The notes under the pieces were generated by a model. The model was not told the DNA's origin, did not search any database, and saw only the letters and a program-made list of their open reading frames with translations. Shown here piece after piece: positions 50,433 to 62,259 of a stretch of 64,000 nucleotides of DNA. The DNA is from Nannocystis bainbridge (GTDB taxonomy: Bacteria > Myxococcota_A > Polyangia > Nannocystales > Nannocystaceae). The DNA lies in the NCBI RefSeq assembly GCF_028368995.1, contig NZ_JAQNDL010000003.1, positions 2,720,001-2,784,000 on the forward strand, in the 5' to 3' direction. The position numbers were made by a program, and so were the translations under genes. Within the stretch, counting starts at the first letter, position 1. Each line of letters begins with the position of its first letter.

Positions 50433-51488
50433 CTACGCGGTCGCGTCCGTCGTCTCGCACGCGGACGGCGTCGCGTCCGGCGCTCGGATAGCTCTCGTCG
50501 CTGCGCTCGCGTCACTCGCCTCGTCCGTCGCGGATGTCGCGGCCGTCACATCCGTCGCGGCGATCGTCTCCGTCGTGGCGAGCACCTCCGTCGCGGCGAT
50601 CGTCTCCGTCATCGCCTCGCTCGCGACGCCGGACCCGATCGTCTCGAACGTCGGCGCAGCGAACGCCAGGCGACGGCGCATCACCTCGATCGCCTCCGGG
50701 TTCTGGTCGACCAGCACCACGTCGCGACCGTGGCGCAGCGCCGCCTCGCCGAAGCTGCCGCTGCCGGCGAAGAAATCGAGCAGCAGCTCGCCCGGGCGCG
50801 AGTGCACCTGGACGATGCGCTCGAGGATCTTGAGCGGCTTCTGCGTCGGATAGCCCGTCTTCTCGCGGCCTTGCGGGCTGACGATGGTCTGCCACCACAC
50901 GTCGGTCGGCGTCTTGCCGCGGGCCGCCTTCTCCGGCCCGACCAGGCCCGGGGCCATGTACGGGATGCGGTCGATCGCCTCGTACTCGAACGTGTAGCGC
51001 GCGGGATCGCGGGCGTACCACAGGATGTTGTCGTGCTTGGCCGACCAGCGGGACTTCGAGCGGCCGCCGTAGTCGTACGACCACACGATCTCGTTCATGA
51101 AGCACTCGCGGCCGAAGATCTGGTCGCAGGCGATCTTCGCGTAGTGGACCTCGCGATAGTCGAGGTGGAGGAAGAAGCTGCCGTCGGCCGTCAGCAGCCG
51201 GTGCGCCTGCTCGAGGCGGGGCCACAGGAACTCGAGGTAGTCGTCGAACACGTCGGCGTAGCGGCGCTCGCCGAGCTTGATCGTGCGGTAGCGCTGGCCC
51301 TTGAAGCCGGTGCGGTCACCCTCGGCGTCGCGCACCGTCTTGAGCTGCGCCCGCCGCTGGGTCTGGCCGGTGTTGAACGGCGGGTCGATGTAGATCAACG
51401 AGAACCCGCCCGCGGGCAGGTCCGGCAGCACTTCCATGTTGTCCGCGAGCACGACCCGCGCGCGCGGTCGCGCCGCCGCGTCGCTCAC
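50433..51488 (-). CDS. Site-specific N6-adenine/N4-cytosine DNA methyltransferase (beta-class motif order)
   Basis: IYIDPPF precedes YPTQKP and DFFAGSGS; GTG start overlaps the upstream stop; Ala/Thr/acidic tail. Confidence 0.92.
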   Translation of the reverse strand: MSDAAARPRARVVLADNMEVLPDLPAGGFSLIYIDPPFNTGQTQRRAQLKTVRDAEGDRTGFKGQRYRTIKLGERRYADVFDDYLEFLWPRLEQAHRLLTADGSFFLHLDYREVHYAKIACDQIFGRECFMNEIVWSYDYGGRSKSRWSAKHDNILWYARDPARYTFEYEAIDRIPYMAPGLVGPEKAARGKTPTDVWWQTIVSPQGREKTGYPTQKPLKILERIVQVHSRPGELLLDFFAGSGSFGEAALRHGRDVVLVDQNPEAIEVMRRRLAFAAPTFETIGSGVASEAMTETIAATEVLATTETIAATDVTAATSATDEASDASAATRAIRAPDATPSACETTDATA

Positions 51489-52099
51489 GGACGGAAGTCC
51501 CCTTTGCCCTCGCGCAGCACCTCGATGTCGTCGCCGATCATGCGCAACACCGTCGACGGGTCGGGCCACTGGGGGCCGACGTCGACCGCCACCGCGATTT
51601 CGCGGGAGTAGCGGTTCTCGAGCTCCTCCGCGTCCTCGAGCTCGGGCGCGGTGTTCTCGCCCGGCGTCACCGAGCCGTTCAGCAGCGGCTCGCCGAGCTC
51701 GCCGATCAGCATGCGGCACACCAGGTGGTCGGGCACGCGCAGGCCGACCTCGTGGTGGCGGTTGTGCATGCTCTTCGGCACCTCCGACGTCGCCTGCAGC
51801 ACCAGCGTGTACGGCCCCGGCAGCAGGCGGCGGACCAGGCGGAAGTGCGAGTTGCCGAGCACGCCGAAGCGGCCGACATCGGCCAGCCCGGACACGATCA
51901 TCGTCAGCGGCTTGTGCGAGCGCTCGTCGAGCCCCTTGAGCCGGCGGATCGCCGCGATGCCCTTCACGCTCGACATGGCGCAGCCGAACGCGTACCCCGT
52001 GTCGGTCGGGTACACGATCACTTGCCCCTTCTTCAGGGCATCGACCGCGGGCTGCAGCTTGCGCGGGTTTGGGCGCTCGGCGTCGACATGTACCCGCAT
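51485..52099 (-). CDS. Sua5/YciO/YrdC family protein (threonylcarbamoyl-AMP synthase-like)
   Basis: YPTDTGYAFGC, KPLT, LPGPYT, VGLRVPDH, PSTVL. Confidence 0.92.
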   Translation of the reverse strand: MRVHVDAERPNPRKLQPAVDALKKGQVIVYPTDTGYAFGCAMSSVKGIAAIRRLKGLDERSHKPLTMIVSGLADVGRFGVLGNSHFRLVRRLLPGPYTLVLQATSEVPKSMHNRHHEVGLRVPDHLVCRMLIGELGEPLLNGSVTPGENTAPELEDAEELENRYSREIAVAVDVGPQWPDPSTVLRMIGDDIEVLREGKGDFRP

Positions 52100-52132
52100 C
52101 GTTCGGTCCTGCAGCTCCTCGGTGGTGGAGGT

Positions 52133-53167
<1,035 letters not shown>

Positions 53168-53275
53168 GGTTCCTCCGGGCGTGGCGCGGCCAAGGGGTAA
53201 CACACTCTCGCGCCGCGGCACCGCGAAAACCGCCGCCGCCGCTCGCCCGCGCCCGTGAGCGGGCCTTCGCCCCCC

Positions 53276-54649
53276 TTACGTTGCCGCCCTGGCCGAACGT
53301 CGGGCACGCCACGCTCGCCACGCCGGCAGCGCCACCGCGACCGCGTAGAGCGCGAGGATGATCGACACCGGGTCGTACGGCGTGCGCAGACGCGGGTCGC
53401 CGAAGAAGATCGCCGCGATGATCATCGCCCCTACCAGGCAAGCCGCCAGCACCGCCAGCGCCGGGTCGCGCCGGATCCCCCGCAGCGCCAGCCCGATCCC
53501 CACCAGCGACGGCAGCAGCACCACCGTGTTGAAGAAGTAGCGGTACACCTCCGCCACCACCAGCGTGCGCGCGTGGCCCTTGCTGGTCTCGGGCCACTGC
53601 CCGGCGATGAACCACTGCAGCATCATGTTGACGAAGCTGTAGCGGGCCTGCTCGAGCACCCCGGTGGCCGCGTAGCACTTGCGCTGGATCTCGCGGTGCA
53701 CGAACGGGTCGCCGATGTAGCCGACGAAGCGGATGCTGTCGCCGCCGAGCGCCGGTCGCAGCGCCAGCGGCGACCACTCGGGGACCCAGTTCTTGAGCGT
53801 GCGGAAGCCCGGCAGCGTCACGCGACGGCCATTGCTCTGGTCGTCCTTGCGGTCCGCGGCCTTCTTCTCCTTCTCGGTGCGATACGCCTGGGTGTTGATG
53901 TTGTGGCATCGCCCGGCGGTGAGGTTCATGTTGGCGTTCTCGGCGATCCCGCCCCAATAGCCGGTGTGATAGTGGAAGCGCCACAGGCTGAAGCCGAGCG
54001 CCAGCACCAGCGGCGTGCCGACGCCGACCAGGTGGTGCCAGCGGACGTGCTTCAGCCGCCGCGCGTTGACCAGCCACACCAGCAGCACGAACACGTAGAA
54101 CACCGCCGCTTGCGGCCGCAGCATGAACGCCAGCGCCGAGGCCACCCCCGCCGGCCAGGCGCGCTTCCCCTCCTGGAAGCACACCACCAGCCAGTACAGC
54201 GACAGCAGCTGGAAGCACAAAAACGGCGTCTCCGACAGGAAGAAGCCGGTCGTCGAGAGGTTGGGGAACCACAGCAGCGCCGCGATCCCGGCCGTGCGTG
54301 CCTGCCAGCGCTCGCGCAGCACCCGGCACGCCAGCAGGTACGCCAGCGGCACCGACACCGCCCCGAGCAGCCCCCACAGCAGCGCCCCCGAGACCATCGG
54401 CGCCGCGGTGCCGAACAGCCGCAGCGGCGCCGCCAGCAGCATGTGCGTCCCGTACGCCTGCCACGCCAGCGTCCGCGTCGGCGCCGGGATGCCCTTGTCC
54501 GCCAGCGCTACGGCTCGCTCCATGTACAGCCGCATGTCGCTGTACAGGTAATTCCCCGGCGGATGCACCCACAGCACCCAGACCAGGCGCGACAGCAGCG
54601 CCAGGCCGAACAAGATCCACAACAGACGCCGCTCCGGGGGTTGGCCCAC
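53276..54649 (-). CDS. GT-C membrane glycosyltransferase (family 39/ArnT-like)
   Basis: Multi-TM; YSDM..Y, FLSETPF, MLRP, FFGDPRLR; start uncertain. Confidence 0.78.
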   Translation of the reverse strand: MGQPPERRLLWILFGLALLSRLVWVLWVHPPGNYLYSDMRLYMERAVALADKGIPAPTRTLAWQAYGTHMLLAAPLRLFGTAAPMVSGALLWGLLGAVSVPLAYLLACRVLRERWQARTAGIAALLWFPNLSTTGFFLSETPFLCFQLLSLYWLVVCFQEGKRAWPAGVASALAFMLRPQAAVFYVFVLLVWLVNARRLKHVRWHHLVGVGTPLVLALGFSLWRFHYHTGYWGGIAENANMNLTAGRCHNINTQAYRTEKEKKAADRKDDQSNGRRVTLPGFRTLKNWVPEWSPLALRPALGGDSIRFVGYIGDPFVHREIQRKCYAATGVLEQARYSFVNMMLQWFIAGQWPETSKGHARTLVVAEVYRYFFNTVVLLPSLVGIGLALRGIRRDPALAVLAACLVGAMIIAAIFFGDPRLRTPYDPVSIILALYAVAVALPAWRAWRARRSARAAT

Positions 54650-55281
54650 GCGCGCGAGGGTACTGGCCGGCGGGGCCCACGGGAAGAGGCCGACGGACGA
54701 TGCCTGAATCCGCGCGACGATGACGAGACTTATCTCATGACATCGCAGTCCTAGCATTGGGGGAACGCGGCCCCGCGCGCTGCAGAGCATTGCCGGCGCG
54801 GCCACGGCACCAACCGCAGTTGGCAGCACCACATTGGAGTTGCGCCCGATCCTCACAATGGTCAGACGGGCGAAACTCCTTGAAGCCGGGATCGCCGGGT
54901 GCTTTTATGAAGACATCGCAGCAAGCGAATCATAGCAGCGCCGCATTCGTGCAATCTCGGATCACAAGAGCCTCTCGCCCCGCGATTCGGGCGCGGCCGA
55001 TCGCTCGCAGTTCCGCCGCCCGCTGTCGCCACGGACCCCGATTCACCTGAGCGACGCAGACCAGGCTTCGCCCGCTATGGTCGCTCACCATCACCCCACA
55101 TTTTTTAAAATACCGCGACTACGTTTGCACAAACCTCGCAGCAGCCGTCGCCTCGGCGATTCACTGCGGTGACGATCGTCCTGCAGCCTGCCGACCTCTC
55201 GGTCGGCCCGCCGATCGTTCGAGCGCACCTCGCGCGGCGCCCCACTTCATCAACCCTTTCCGCCTGAGGTAAGCTCCCCGC

Positions 55282-56715
55282 ATGTCCGTCCTCGTCCCGC
55301 CGCAGCCGGCCGCCGTCTACGTCTCGCGGCGTGCACGACTCTCTCGCGCCCTCGCCGGCGAGCCCGCGATCTTCTTCGCCGGCGATCTCGTGCCGCGCAA
55401 CTACGCCGCCAACATCTACCCGTACCGCGCGCACAGCCACTTCCTCTACTTCACCGGCGTGCACTGGCCGGGCGCGGTGCTGCTCGGCAGCGGCGACGGC
55501 TGGGAGATCTTCGCCGCGCCGCCGGCGCCCGACGATCCGCTGTGGATCGGTCCGAGCGCGACCTGGGACGACCTGCAGGCGGCCACCGGGGTGCGAAAGA
55601 TCCGCCCGCTGAGCGAGCTGCGGACCGCCCTCGACGGCCTCCGCGGCGTCGCCACCCTGCCGGCGATCCATCCGCGCACGCGGGCGCGGCAGGCCTCGCT
55701 GCTCGGGCGGCCGTGGGGCGCGCACGACGAGTCCGAGGCGGGCGCCGTGGCGCTCGCGGGCAAGGACGCCGAGCTCGCCGACGCGGTGATCTCGTTGCGC
55801 CTGCAACACGACGGGCCGGCGCTCGAGCTGCTGCGGCAGTCCGCGGAGGCGGCGCGCGCGGGGCACCTCGCCGGCATGGCGGCCACCCGACCTGGGCGGC
55901 GCGAGGCCGACGTGCGGGCGGCGATCGAGGCCGAGTTCGCGGCCCGCGGCATGAGCCCGGCGTACGGCAGCATCGTCACCGTGCACGGCGAGGTCCTGCA
56001 CAACGAGCACAGTCATCACCCGCTGAAGGCCGGCGATCTCCTGCTGGCCGACTGCGGCGCCGACTGCCACGGCTGGGCCAGCGACGTGACGCGGACCTGG
56101 CCGGTCTCGGGCGCGTGGAGTCCGACCCAGCGGGCGCTCTACGACGTGGTGCTGCAGGCCAACCTCGACGCGACGGCGATGGTGCGTCCGGGGGTCCGGT
56201 ACCGCGACATCCACCTGCGCGCCGCGCTGACGCTGGCCCGCGGCCTGGTCGACCTGGGGATCTTCCACGGCGACCCGGAGGGTTTGGTCGAGCGGGGCGC
56301 GCACGCCCTGTTCTTCCCGCACGGCGTCGGGCATCTCCTCGGGCTCGACGTGCACGACATGGAAGATCTCGGCGACCGCGCCGGCTACGCCGCCGGTCGA
56401 GCCCGGAGCAGCCAGTTCGGCACCTGCTACCTCCGCCTCGACCGCGACCTGGCGCCCGGCATGCTCGTCACCATCGAACCGGGGTTCTACCTGGTCCCGG
56501 CGATCCTCGACGACAAGGCCCTCTGCGCCCCGTTCGAGGCCGATCTGGACCGCCAGCGTCTGGCCGCCTACGCCGACGTCCGCGGGATCCGGATCGAGGA
56601 CGACGTCCTGTGCACCGAGGCCGGCCCGGACGTCCTCACGGCCGCCATCCCCCGCGACGCCGACGCCGTCGCGACCCTCGTAGGCGCCGCCGGAGCGTCC
56701 CGGGACGCCGCCTGA
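55282..56715 (+). CDS. pepP: Xaa-Pro aminopeptidase (M24B)
   Basis: HFLYFTG, LLADCGA..ASDVTRT, PHGVGHLLGLDVHD, TIEPGFY, GIRIEDD. Confidence 0.93.
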   Translation: MSVLVPPQPAAVYVSRRARLSRALAGEPAIFFAGDLVPRNYAANIYPYRAHSHFLYFTGVHWPGAVLLGSGDGWEIFAAPPAPDDPLWIGPSATWDDLQAATGVRKIRPLSELRTALDGLRGVATLPAIHPRTRARQASLLGRPWGAHDESEAGAVALAGKDAELADAVISLRLQHDGPALELLRQSAEAARAGHLAGMAATRPGRREADVRAAIEAEFAARGMSPAYGSIVTVHGEVLHNEHSHHPLKAGDLLLADCGADCHGWASDVTRTWPVSGAWSPTQRALYDVVLQANLDATAMVRPGVRYRDIHLRAALTLARGLVDLGIFHGDPEGLVERGAHALFFPHGVGHLLGLDVHDMEDLGDRAGYAAGRARSSQFGTCYLRLDRDLAPGMLVTIEPGFYLVPAILDDKALCAPFEADLDRQRLAAYADVRGIRIEDDVLCTEAGPDVLTAAIPRDADAVATLVGAAGASRDAA

Positions 56716-56923
56716 AATGCCGCCCCGGGCCGCTGCTCGGCCGTACGGCCGCGAATCGGCCCCGCCGCGCGCCCTCGCCCCCCGGCGGTCGCCCCCTTGC
56801 TGCCGGGCCCGCCGGAGGAGGCTGGGGAGGATGCGCGGTTTGTTTGCCCTGGCGCGTAGTCAGCGCTAACTCCTCGTGTTACTTTGCCCCGGCGCCCCTC
56901 GCAGGCGCCCCTAGGAGTCGACG

Positions 56924-58414
56924 ATGCACCTCCGCCCCCTCGTCCTTACCACCGCCTTCGTCACCAGCGCTCTCGTCGGTTGTTCGCGCGAAGAGTTCGC
57001 CCCCTGGGGTTTTGCCGAGGACGTCTCGCTCGAGTGTTCGAGCCCGGCGCGCGGTCAGGTCGGAGTCCCGTACTCCTACACGCCCACCGTGGTGACCGGC
57101 GTCTCGCCCTTCGAGTTCTCGGTCGACCCGACCACGCCGCTGCCGGCGGGCCTGTCGATCGACGCGGCCACCGGCGCCATCACGGGCACCCCGACGGCCG
57201 AGGGCACCTTCCCGCTCAAGGTCGTCGTCGTCGACAGCCGCGAGGCCCGGTCGGTCGTCACCTGCGGCGACATCATCATCGACGCCGGCGCCGGCATCGA
57301 CTGCCGTGACGAGAGCGTCGCCCCCGGCGACATCCCCGACGGCTTCGTCGGCTACGCCTACAACTTCCAGGCCACCGCAATCGGCGGCCGCGAGCCGTAC
57401 GGCAGCTGGACCGACAACGGCACCCTGCCCGCGGGCCTGACGATCGACGCCGCGACCGGCCTCGTCTCGGGCACCCCCGAGGCCGCCGGCATCTCCAACG
57501 TGACGCTCACCGTCACCGACGCCGAGGGCCAGGAGATCGCCAGCGAGTGCGGCGTCCTCGAGATCCGCGACCCGATCCAGGTCGACCCGGAATCGCTGCT
57601 GGCCGCCTATCCCGACGGCTGCATCAGCTACGGCGAGGACCTCGACGGCCTGATCGCCAAGGGCATCGTCATCCCGGTCAAGGACGCCACCGCCAACCCG
57701 ACCTGCGCGCTGGTCGCCGGCCGCGGCAACGGCAGCCGCAACTTCGACGCCGACGCCAACACCCCCGACAGCTTCCCGCCGGGCATCGCCGTCAGCGCCG
57801 ACACCTGCGAGCTCTCGGGCACCATCGACACCAAGCTCCGCTTCGGCGCCTACGCGTGGATCACCACGATCGAGCAGTCGGGCACCAAGGCGTACCTGCC
57901 GTACTGCGCCCCGCAGGACGTCCAGGCCGGCACCGCCTACGGGGTCGAGCGCCAGGACACCGGCACCGACAAGACCCTGGCGCCGGGCCACATCGTGTTC
58001 GACGTCGACGGCAGCCCGCTCGAGTTCACCTTCGGCAGCGACGTCCCCGACCCGCAGGTCACGGTCACGTACAACGAGGCCTGCGGCGGCTCCTGCTTCT
58101 ACGCCTACATCTTCTCGTACAACGCGCTGTCGGCGACCGCCCAGGTCAGCGCCGGCCCGTCGGCCAAGTTCCCGGCGATGGGCTTCGACGGCTTCACGCA
58201 CGCGATCCGCGTGACCGAGAACGACGAGACCTTCCTGCGCAACTACGGCGAGCGGGCCTTCGTCGCCAACATCAGCTTCGACTACTGCATCGCGCAGAAC
58301 GAAGACGACTGCGGCAACAACGAGGCCGACCCGGCCGCCAAGGCGGCGCTGATCCGGGCCAACGGCGACGGCAGCAACTACGAGTTCGGGCTGATCGTCC
58401 TGCCCAAGAACTGA
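56924..58414 (+). CDS. Lipoprotein with putative Ig (He_PIG-like) domains
   Basis: AGGAG RBS; LVGC lipobox; repeated LPAGL(S/T)IDAATG.(I/V).GTP. Confidence 0.88.
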   Translation: MHLRPLVLTTAFVTSALVGCSREEFAPWGFAEDVSLECSSPARGQVGVPYSYTPTVVTGVSPFEFSVDPTTPLPAGLSIDAATGAITGTPTAEGTFPLKVVVVDSREARSVVTCGDIIIDAGAGIDCRDESVAPGDIPDGFVGYAYNFQATAIGGREPYGSWTDNGTLPAGLTIDAATGLVSGTPEAAGISNVTLTVTDAEGQEIASECGVLEIRDPIQVDPESLLAAYPDGCISYGEDLDGLIAKGIVIPVKDATANPTCALVAGRGNGSRNFDADANTPDSFPPGIAVSADTCELSGTIDTKLRFGAYAWITTIEQSGTKAYLPYCAPQDVQAGTAYGVERQDTGTDKTLAPGHIVFDVDGSPLEFTFGSDVPDPQVTVTYNEACGGSCFYAYIFSYNALSATAQVSAGPSAKFPAMGFDGFTHAIRVTENDETFLRNYGERAFVANISFDYCIAQNEDDCGNNEADPAAKAALIRANGDGSNYEFGLIVLPKN

Positions 58415-58441
58415 GCCCCTCGCGGCCGACGCATCCATCCC

Positions 58442-61123
58442 TTGAGCACACAAGACAGTCGCGGCGGCGGAGCCTCGGGGCTCCGCGACCGAAGGGTCGC
58501 CCGGGTGCTCGACCGCGAGATCTCGCCGGTCTGGCACGACCGTTTCGCGCGGCTGATCGTCCGTAACCTGCCCAACCTCCCCGAGGTCCTCGCGCTCGAC
58601 ATCCACTGCGGGACCGGGCGCGGCACGGGCGAGCTGCTGCATCGCCTCGGCGCCGGCGCGAAGATCCTGGCGATCGACCCCGACGAGGGCGCGCTCGAGC
58701 TGGCGAAGACGCGGATCCGCGCCGAGTGGAAGAACCGGGTCTACTTCAAGTCCGGCCACTTCGACGACGTCACGGCGATGGCCGACGACAGCTACAACCT
58801 CGTCGTCGCCAATCTGGTGCTCGGCGAGTCGGTCGACCTCGAGCCGGCCCTGGGCGAGATGATCCGCGTCGGCAAGATCGGCGGCCGGATCCTCGCCACC
58901 GTGCCGCTGCACGGCACCTGGGAAGAGGTCGAGGACATCTTCGCGGAGATCTTGCGCGACGCCGGGATGACGGCGGCGCTGCGCCGCCTGGAGGCGCTGC
59001 GAGCGATCCGCCCCACCGGGCCGCAGCTCGGCAAGATGCTGCGCAACCTCGGCGCGGTCGAGGACGACTACGTCATCGAGCACGAGCGCTTCCAGCTGCT
59101 GTTCCCGAGCGGCCGTGAGTTCCTGTTCGCGCCGGTGATCGAGCACGGTCCGCTGCAGATGTGGAAGGCCGTGATCGGCAAGGACGGCGCCCCGCAGGAG
59201 CTGTTCTGGCGCCTCAAGGAGGCGATCGACACCTACTACGCCGGCCACGTCCTGGCGGTCACGGTGCACGCGGGACTCATCCACGTCGAGGTCGCCAAGG
59301 GCACCGCGCGGCCGGGTCCGCGGCTCGCGGCGCGGTTCTGGCGGCACTACCCCGAGCTCGACAAGCTGTGGGGCGGCCTCGCCGTCGGCTACGCCCGCGT
59401 CTCCGACCCGATCCTCCCGTTCAGCGACGCCGACGTCAGCGACTTCGACCTCGACATCGACATCGACGAGTCCGACCCGCGGCGGCGCACCGGCGCCATG
59501 CGGGCCCTGCGGCAGACCGGCCGTCAGGCGGCCGTCGAGACCCCGTCGCCGGAGGACTTCGGCCTGCGCTTCCGCCCGCGCGACCCGACCGAGGCCTCCG
59601 AGATCCGGGCGCTCGACGCCGAGACCTCGGGCCTGCGCGCCCGCGTGCCCGGCTCCGAGGCCTCGGGTCTGCGCGCGCTGTCGCAGCTGCGCGACACCGA
59701 GATCTCGGCGGTCCGCCCCGCCAGCTCCTTCCGCCGGATCCCCGTCGCCGCCGACGAGGACGATTTCTCCGAGCTCAACAGCTTCGACACCCGCTCGCAC
59801 AAGGCTGTCCCGGCGGCCAGGTCGCCCGCGCCCGCCGCCGAGCCCGACGAGGACCTGTCGCGCCTCGCCGAGACCGAGGACGACTTCTCCAACCTCAACG
59901 ACAGCCCGCTGCTGCCGCGGCGCCCGATCTCCTCGAGCTGGCGCCGCTCCTCCGAGTCGTCCTCCAGCCGCCCCGTCCCCACCGACCTCCGCGGCGACAG
60001 CGAGAGCAGCGCCCACCGGGCCCTCGCCGAGCTGTCCCTTCGGCCAGGTGACTCCGCCACCGCCGGCCGGCGCCCGAGCGGCCCGATCCCCGTGGCTCGC
60101 CGCGCCGAGGCCTCAGCCAGCCAGGCCCGCCGCCCGACCTCCGGCCCCTCGGCCGAGGCCTCCGGCAGGCGCCCGCTCGGCAACACCGAGTCCTCCGTCT
60201 CTAGCCGCTTGCCCGACGCCGCCGAATCCGGCAGGCGCCCGCTCGGCAACACCGAGTCCTCCGTCTCGAGCCGCCTGCCCGACGCCTCCGGCTCCGGCAA
60301 GCGCCCCCTCGGTCCCACCGAGACCTCCGTCTCGAGCCGCCTGCCCGACGCCTCCGGTTCCGGCAAGCGCGCCCTCGGTCCCACCGAGACCTCCGTCTCC
60401 AGCCGCCTGCCCGACGCCTCGAGCTCCGGCAAGCGCCCCCTCGGCACCACCGAGACCTCTGGCCTGCTCGCCGGCGCCTCCGGTTCCGGCAAGCGCCCGC
60501 TCGGTCCCACCGAGACCTCCGTCGCCAGCCGTCTGCCTGACGCCTCCGGCTCCGGCAAGCGCCCCCTCGGCACCACCGAGACCTCCGGCCTGCTCGCTGG
60601 CGCCTCCGGCTCCGGCAAGCGACCCCTCGGCACCACCGAGACCTCCGGCGCCAACCTGCTGGCCGACGCTGCCGCTTCCGGCAAGCGCCTGCTCTCCGAC
60701 TCCGCCTCCGGCAAGCGCCCCTTGCCGGACCTGCGCAAGCCGGAAGCCGAGGCCGCCGATAGCGAGACCAGCGGCTCGCGCCCTGCCGCCCGGCCGACGG
60801 CCCCGCCCGAGGCGAGCCGGCCTGCGCTGCCCTCGTTGCGCCTGCCCGACCCCAAGCCGACCAGCGCCAGCTCGAGCGGCAGCATGTTCCGCCCGCCGAC
60901 CTTCAAGTCGCCGGGCGAGGAGAGCCTGCCGCCGGTCAAGCACGCCTTCCGCCCGCCGGGCCCGGAGAGCGTCGACGAGGAGGAGCCGGAGGAGATCGAC
61001 GAGCTCGAGCCGGTCGACGAGTTCGAGCCCGACGACGAGCCGGTTTTCGCGGCCCCGCGCCCGCCGCCGCCCAAGGCCCCGCCGCCGCGCCCGCCGAGCC
61101 TCAGCCCGGACAAGAAGAAGTGA
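58442..61123 (+). CDS. Class I SAM-dependent methyltransferase-like domain with a long disordered, repetitive C-terminus
   Basis: ALDIHCGTG, LAID, YNLVVAN, EMIRVGK.GG; more than 500 aa of Ser/Arg/Pro-rich tail. Confidence 0.8.
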   Translation: MSTQDSRGGGASGLRDRRVARVLDREISPVWHDRFARLIVRNLPNLPEVLALDIHCGTGRGTGELLHRLGAGAKILAIDPDEGALELAKTRIRAEWKNRVYFKSGHFDDVTAMADDSYNLVVANLVLGESVDLEPALGEMIRVGKIGGRILATVPLHGTWEEVEDIFAEILRDAGMTAALRRLEALRAIRPTGPQLGKMLRNLGAVEDDYVIEHERFQLLFPSGREFLFAPVIEHGPLQMWKAVIGKDGAPQELFWRLKEAIDTYYAGHVLAVTVHAGLIHVEVAKGTARPGPRLAARFWRHYPELDKLWGGLAVGYARVSDPILPFSDADVSDFDLDIDIDESDPRRRTGAMRALRQTGRQAAVETPSPEDFGLRFRPRDPTEASEIRALDAETSGLRARVPGSEASGLRALSQLRDTEISAVRPASSFRRIPVAADEDDFSELNSFDTRSHKAVPAARSPAPAAEPDEDLSRLAETEDDFSNLNDSPLLPRRPISSSWRRSSESSSSRPVPTDLRGDSESSAHRALAELSLRPGDSATAGRRPSGPIPVARRAEASASQARRPTSGPSAEASGRRPLGNTESSVSSRLPDAAESGRRPLGNTESSVSSRLPDASGSGKRPLGPTETSVSSRLPDASGSGKRALGPTETSVSSRLPDASSSGKRPLGTTETSGLLAGASGSGKRPLGPTETSVASRLPDASGSGKRPLGTTETSGLLAGASGSGKRPLGTTETSGANLLADAAASGKRLLSDSASGKRPLPDLRKPEAEAADSETSGSRPAARPTAPPEASRPALPSLRLPDPKPTSASSSGSMFRPPTFKSPGEESLPPVKHAFRPPGPESVDEEEPEEIDELEPVDEFEPDDEPVFAAPRPPPPKAPPPRPPSLSPDKKK
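60160..60725 (+). repeat. In-frame coding tandem repeat, about 9 units of 19-21 codons
   Basis: SG(S)G(K/R)RPLG(N/P/T)TE(S/T)S(VSSRLPDA or GLLAGA). Confidence 0.9.
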
Positions 61124-62259
61124 CGCGGCGAGCGCTGGTGGCCCTCGCCGCCCTGCTCGCCTGCGGCCAGCCTCAAGGGACAGGTCCCAACAAACCTGCC
61201 CCGAGCGACATGTCCTCAAAGACAGCCCCGGAGCCGGCCCCCGCGCCGGAGCCGGAGCCCGAGCGCGCGGCCCCGCCGGTGCGCAAGGACGGCACGATCT
61301 ACGCCGAGACCCAGCAGATGGGCACCCGCGTCTCGATCAACGTCCACGTCGGCGAGCGCGCCCCGGCCGAGGCGGGCGCGGCGATCGAGGCCGCGTTCGC
61401 GGAGATCGAGCGTGTCGAGCAGATCATGAGCGAGTGGCGGCCGAGCAGCGAGCTGTCACAGCTCAACGACGGCGCCGGCGGCCCGCTGCGCCCGCTGAGC
61501 GTCGATCTCTTCGACATCCTGCAGCGCAGCAAAGAGATCGCCCAGGCCACCGGTGGCGCCTTCGATCCGACCTTCTACAGCGTCGGCCAGCTGTGGAAAT
61601 ACGACCCCGGCAGCCGCCCGCCGACGCGCGAGGCGATCCTCGAGAAGCTGCCGCTGGTCGACTGGCGCTCGATCGAGCTCGACCCCGCCACCCGCAGCGG
61701 TCGCCTCGCCAAGCCCGGCATGAAGATGGGCCTCGGCGCGATCGCCAAGGGCTACGCGGTCGACCGCGCCTCGACCATCCTGCGCGAGCGCGGCTTCCCC
61801 GATCACATCGTCGAGGGCGGCGGCGACACCTTCGTCTCCGGCACCAAGGCCGGCAAGACCTGGATGGTCGGCATCCAGCGCCCCGACGGCCCCGGCTCGA
61901 TCGCCGCCATCCCGGCCCGCGACCGCGCCGTCGTCACCTCGGGCGACTACCAGCGCTTCATCGAGTTCGAGGGCGTCCGTTACTCGCACATCCTCGACCC
62001 GCGCACCGGCTTCCCCGTGCCCGAGGATCGCAGCCTGCAGAGCATCACGATCCTCGCGCCCAACGCCACCGACGGCGACGCCTACGCCACCGCCGTCGCA
62101 GTCATGGGCGTCGACGCCGGCCTCGAGTTCATCACCTCGCACCCTGGCCTCGACGCCGCGCTCATCACTCGCACCGGCGAGCTCCGCGTCACGCCCGAGC
62201 TGGCGAAGATCCTCGTCTACCCGCAAGACAAGCCCGCTCCGCCGCCGCCGGCCCCGTGA
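61120..62259 (+). CDS. apbE: FAD:protein FMN transferase lipoprotein
   Basis: LLAC lipobox; MGT, SELSQLN, GAFDPT, GAIAKGYAVD, VTSGDYQR, HILDPRTG. Confidence 0.94.
   Translation: MTRRALVALAALLACGQPQGTGPNKPAPSDMSSKTAPEPAPAPEPEPERAAPPVRKDGTIYAETQQMGTRVSINVHVGERAPAEAGAAIEAAFAEIERVEQIMSEWRPSSELSQLNDGAGGPLRPLSVDLFDILQRSKEIAQATGGAFDPTFYSVGQLWKYDPGSRPPTREAILEKLPLVDWRSIELDPATRSGRLAKPGMKMGLGAIAKGYAVDRASTILRERGFPDHIVEGGGDTFVSGTKAGKTWMVGIQRPDGPGSIAAIPARDRAVVTSGDYQRFIEFEGVRYSHILDPRTGFPVPEDRSLQSITILAPNATDGDAYATAVAVMGVDAGLEFITSHPGLDAALITRTGELRVTPELAKILVYPQDKPAPPPPAP

Noticed and set aside
54700-55280. AT-richer divergent intergenic region (TTTTTTAAAA at about 55101) as an ncRNA or defined promoter
   Set aside because: Probably contains promoters, but I could not identify a -35/-10 pair or RNA family with confidence.
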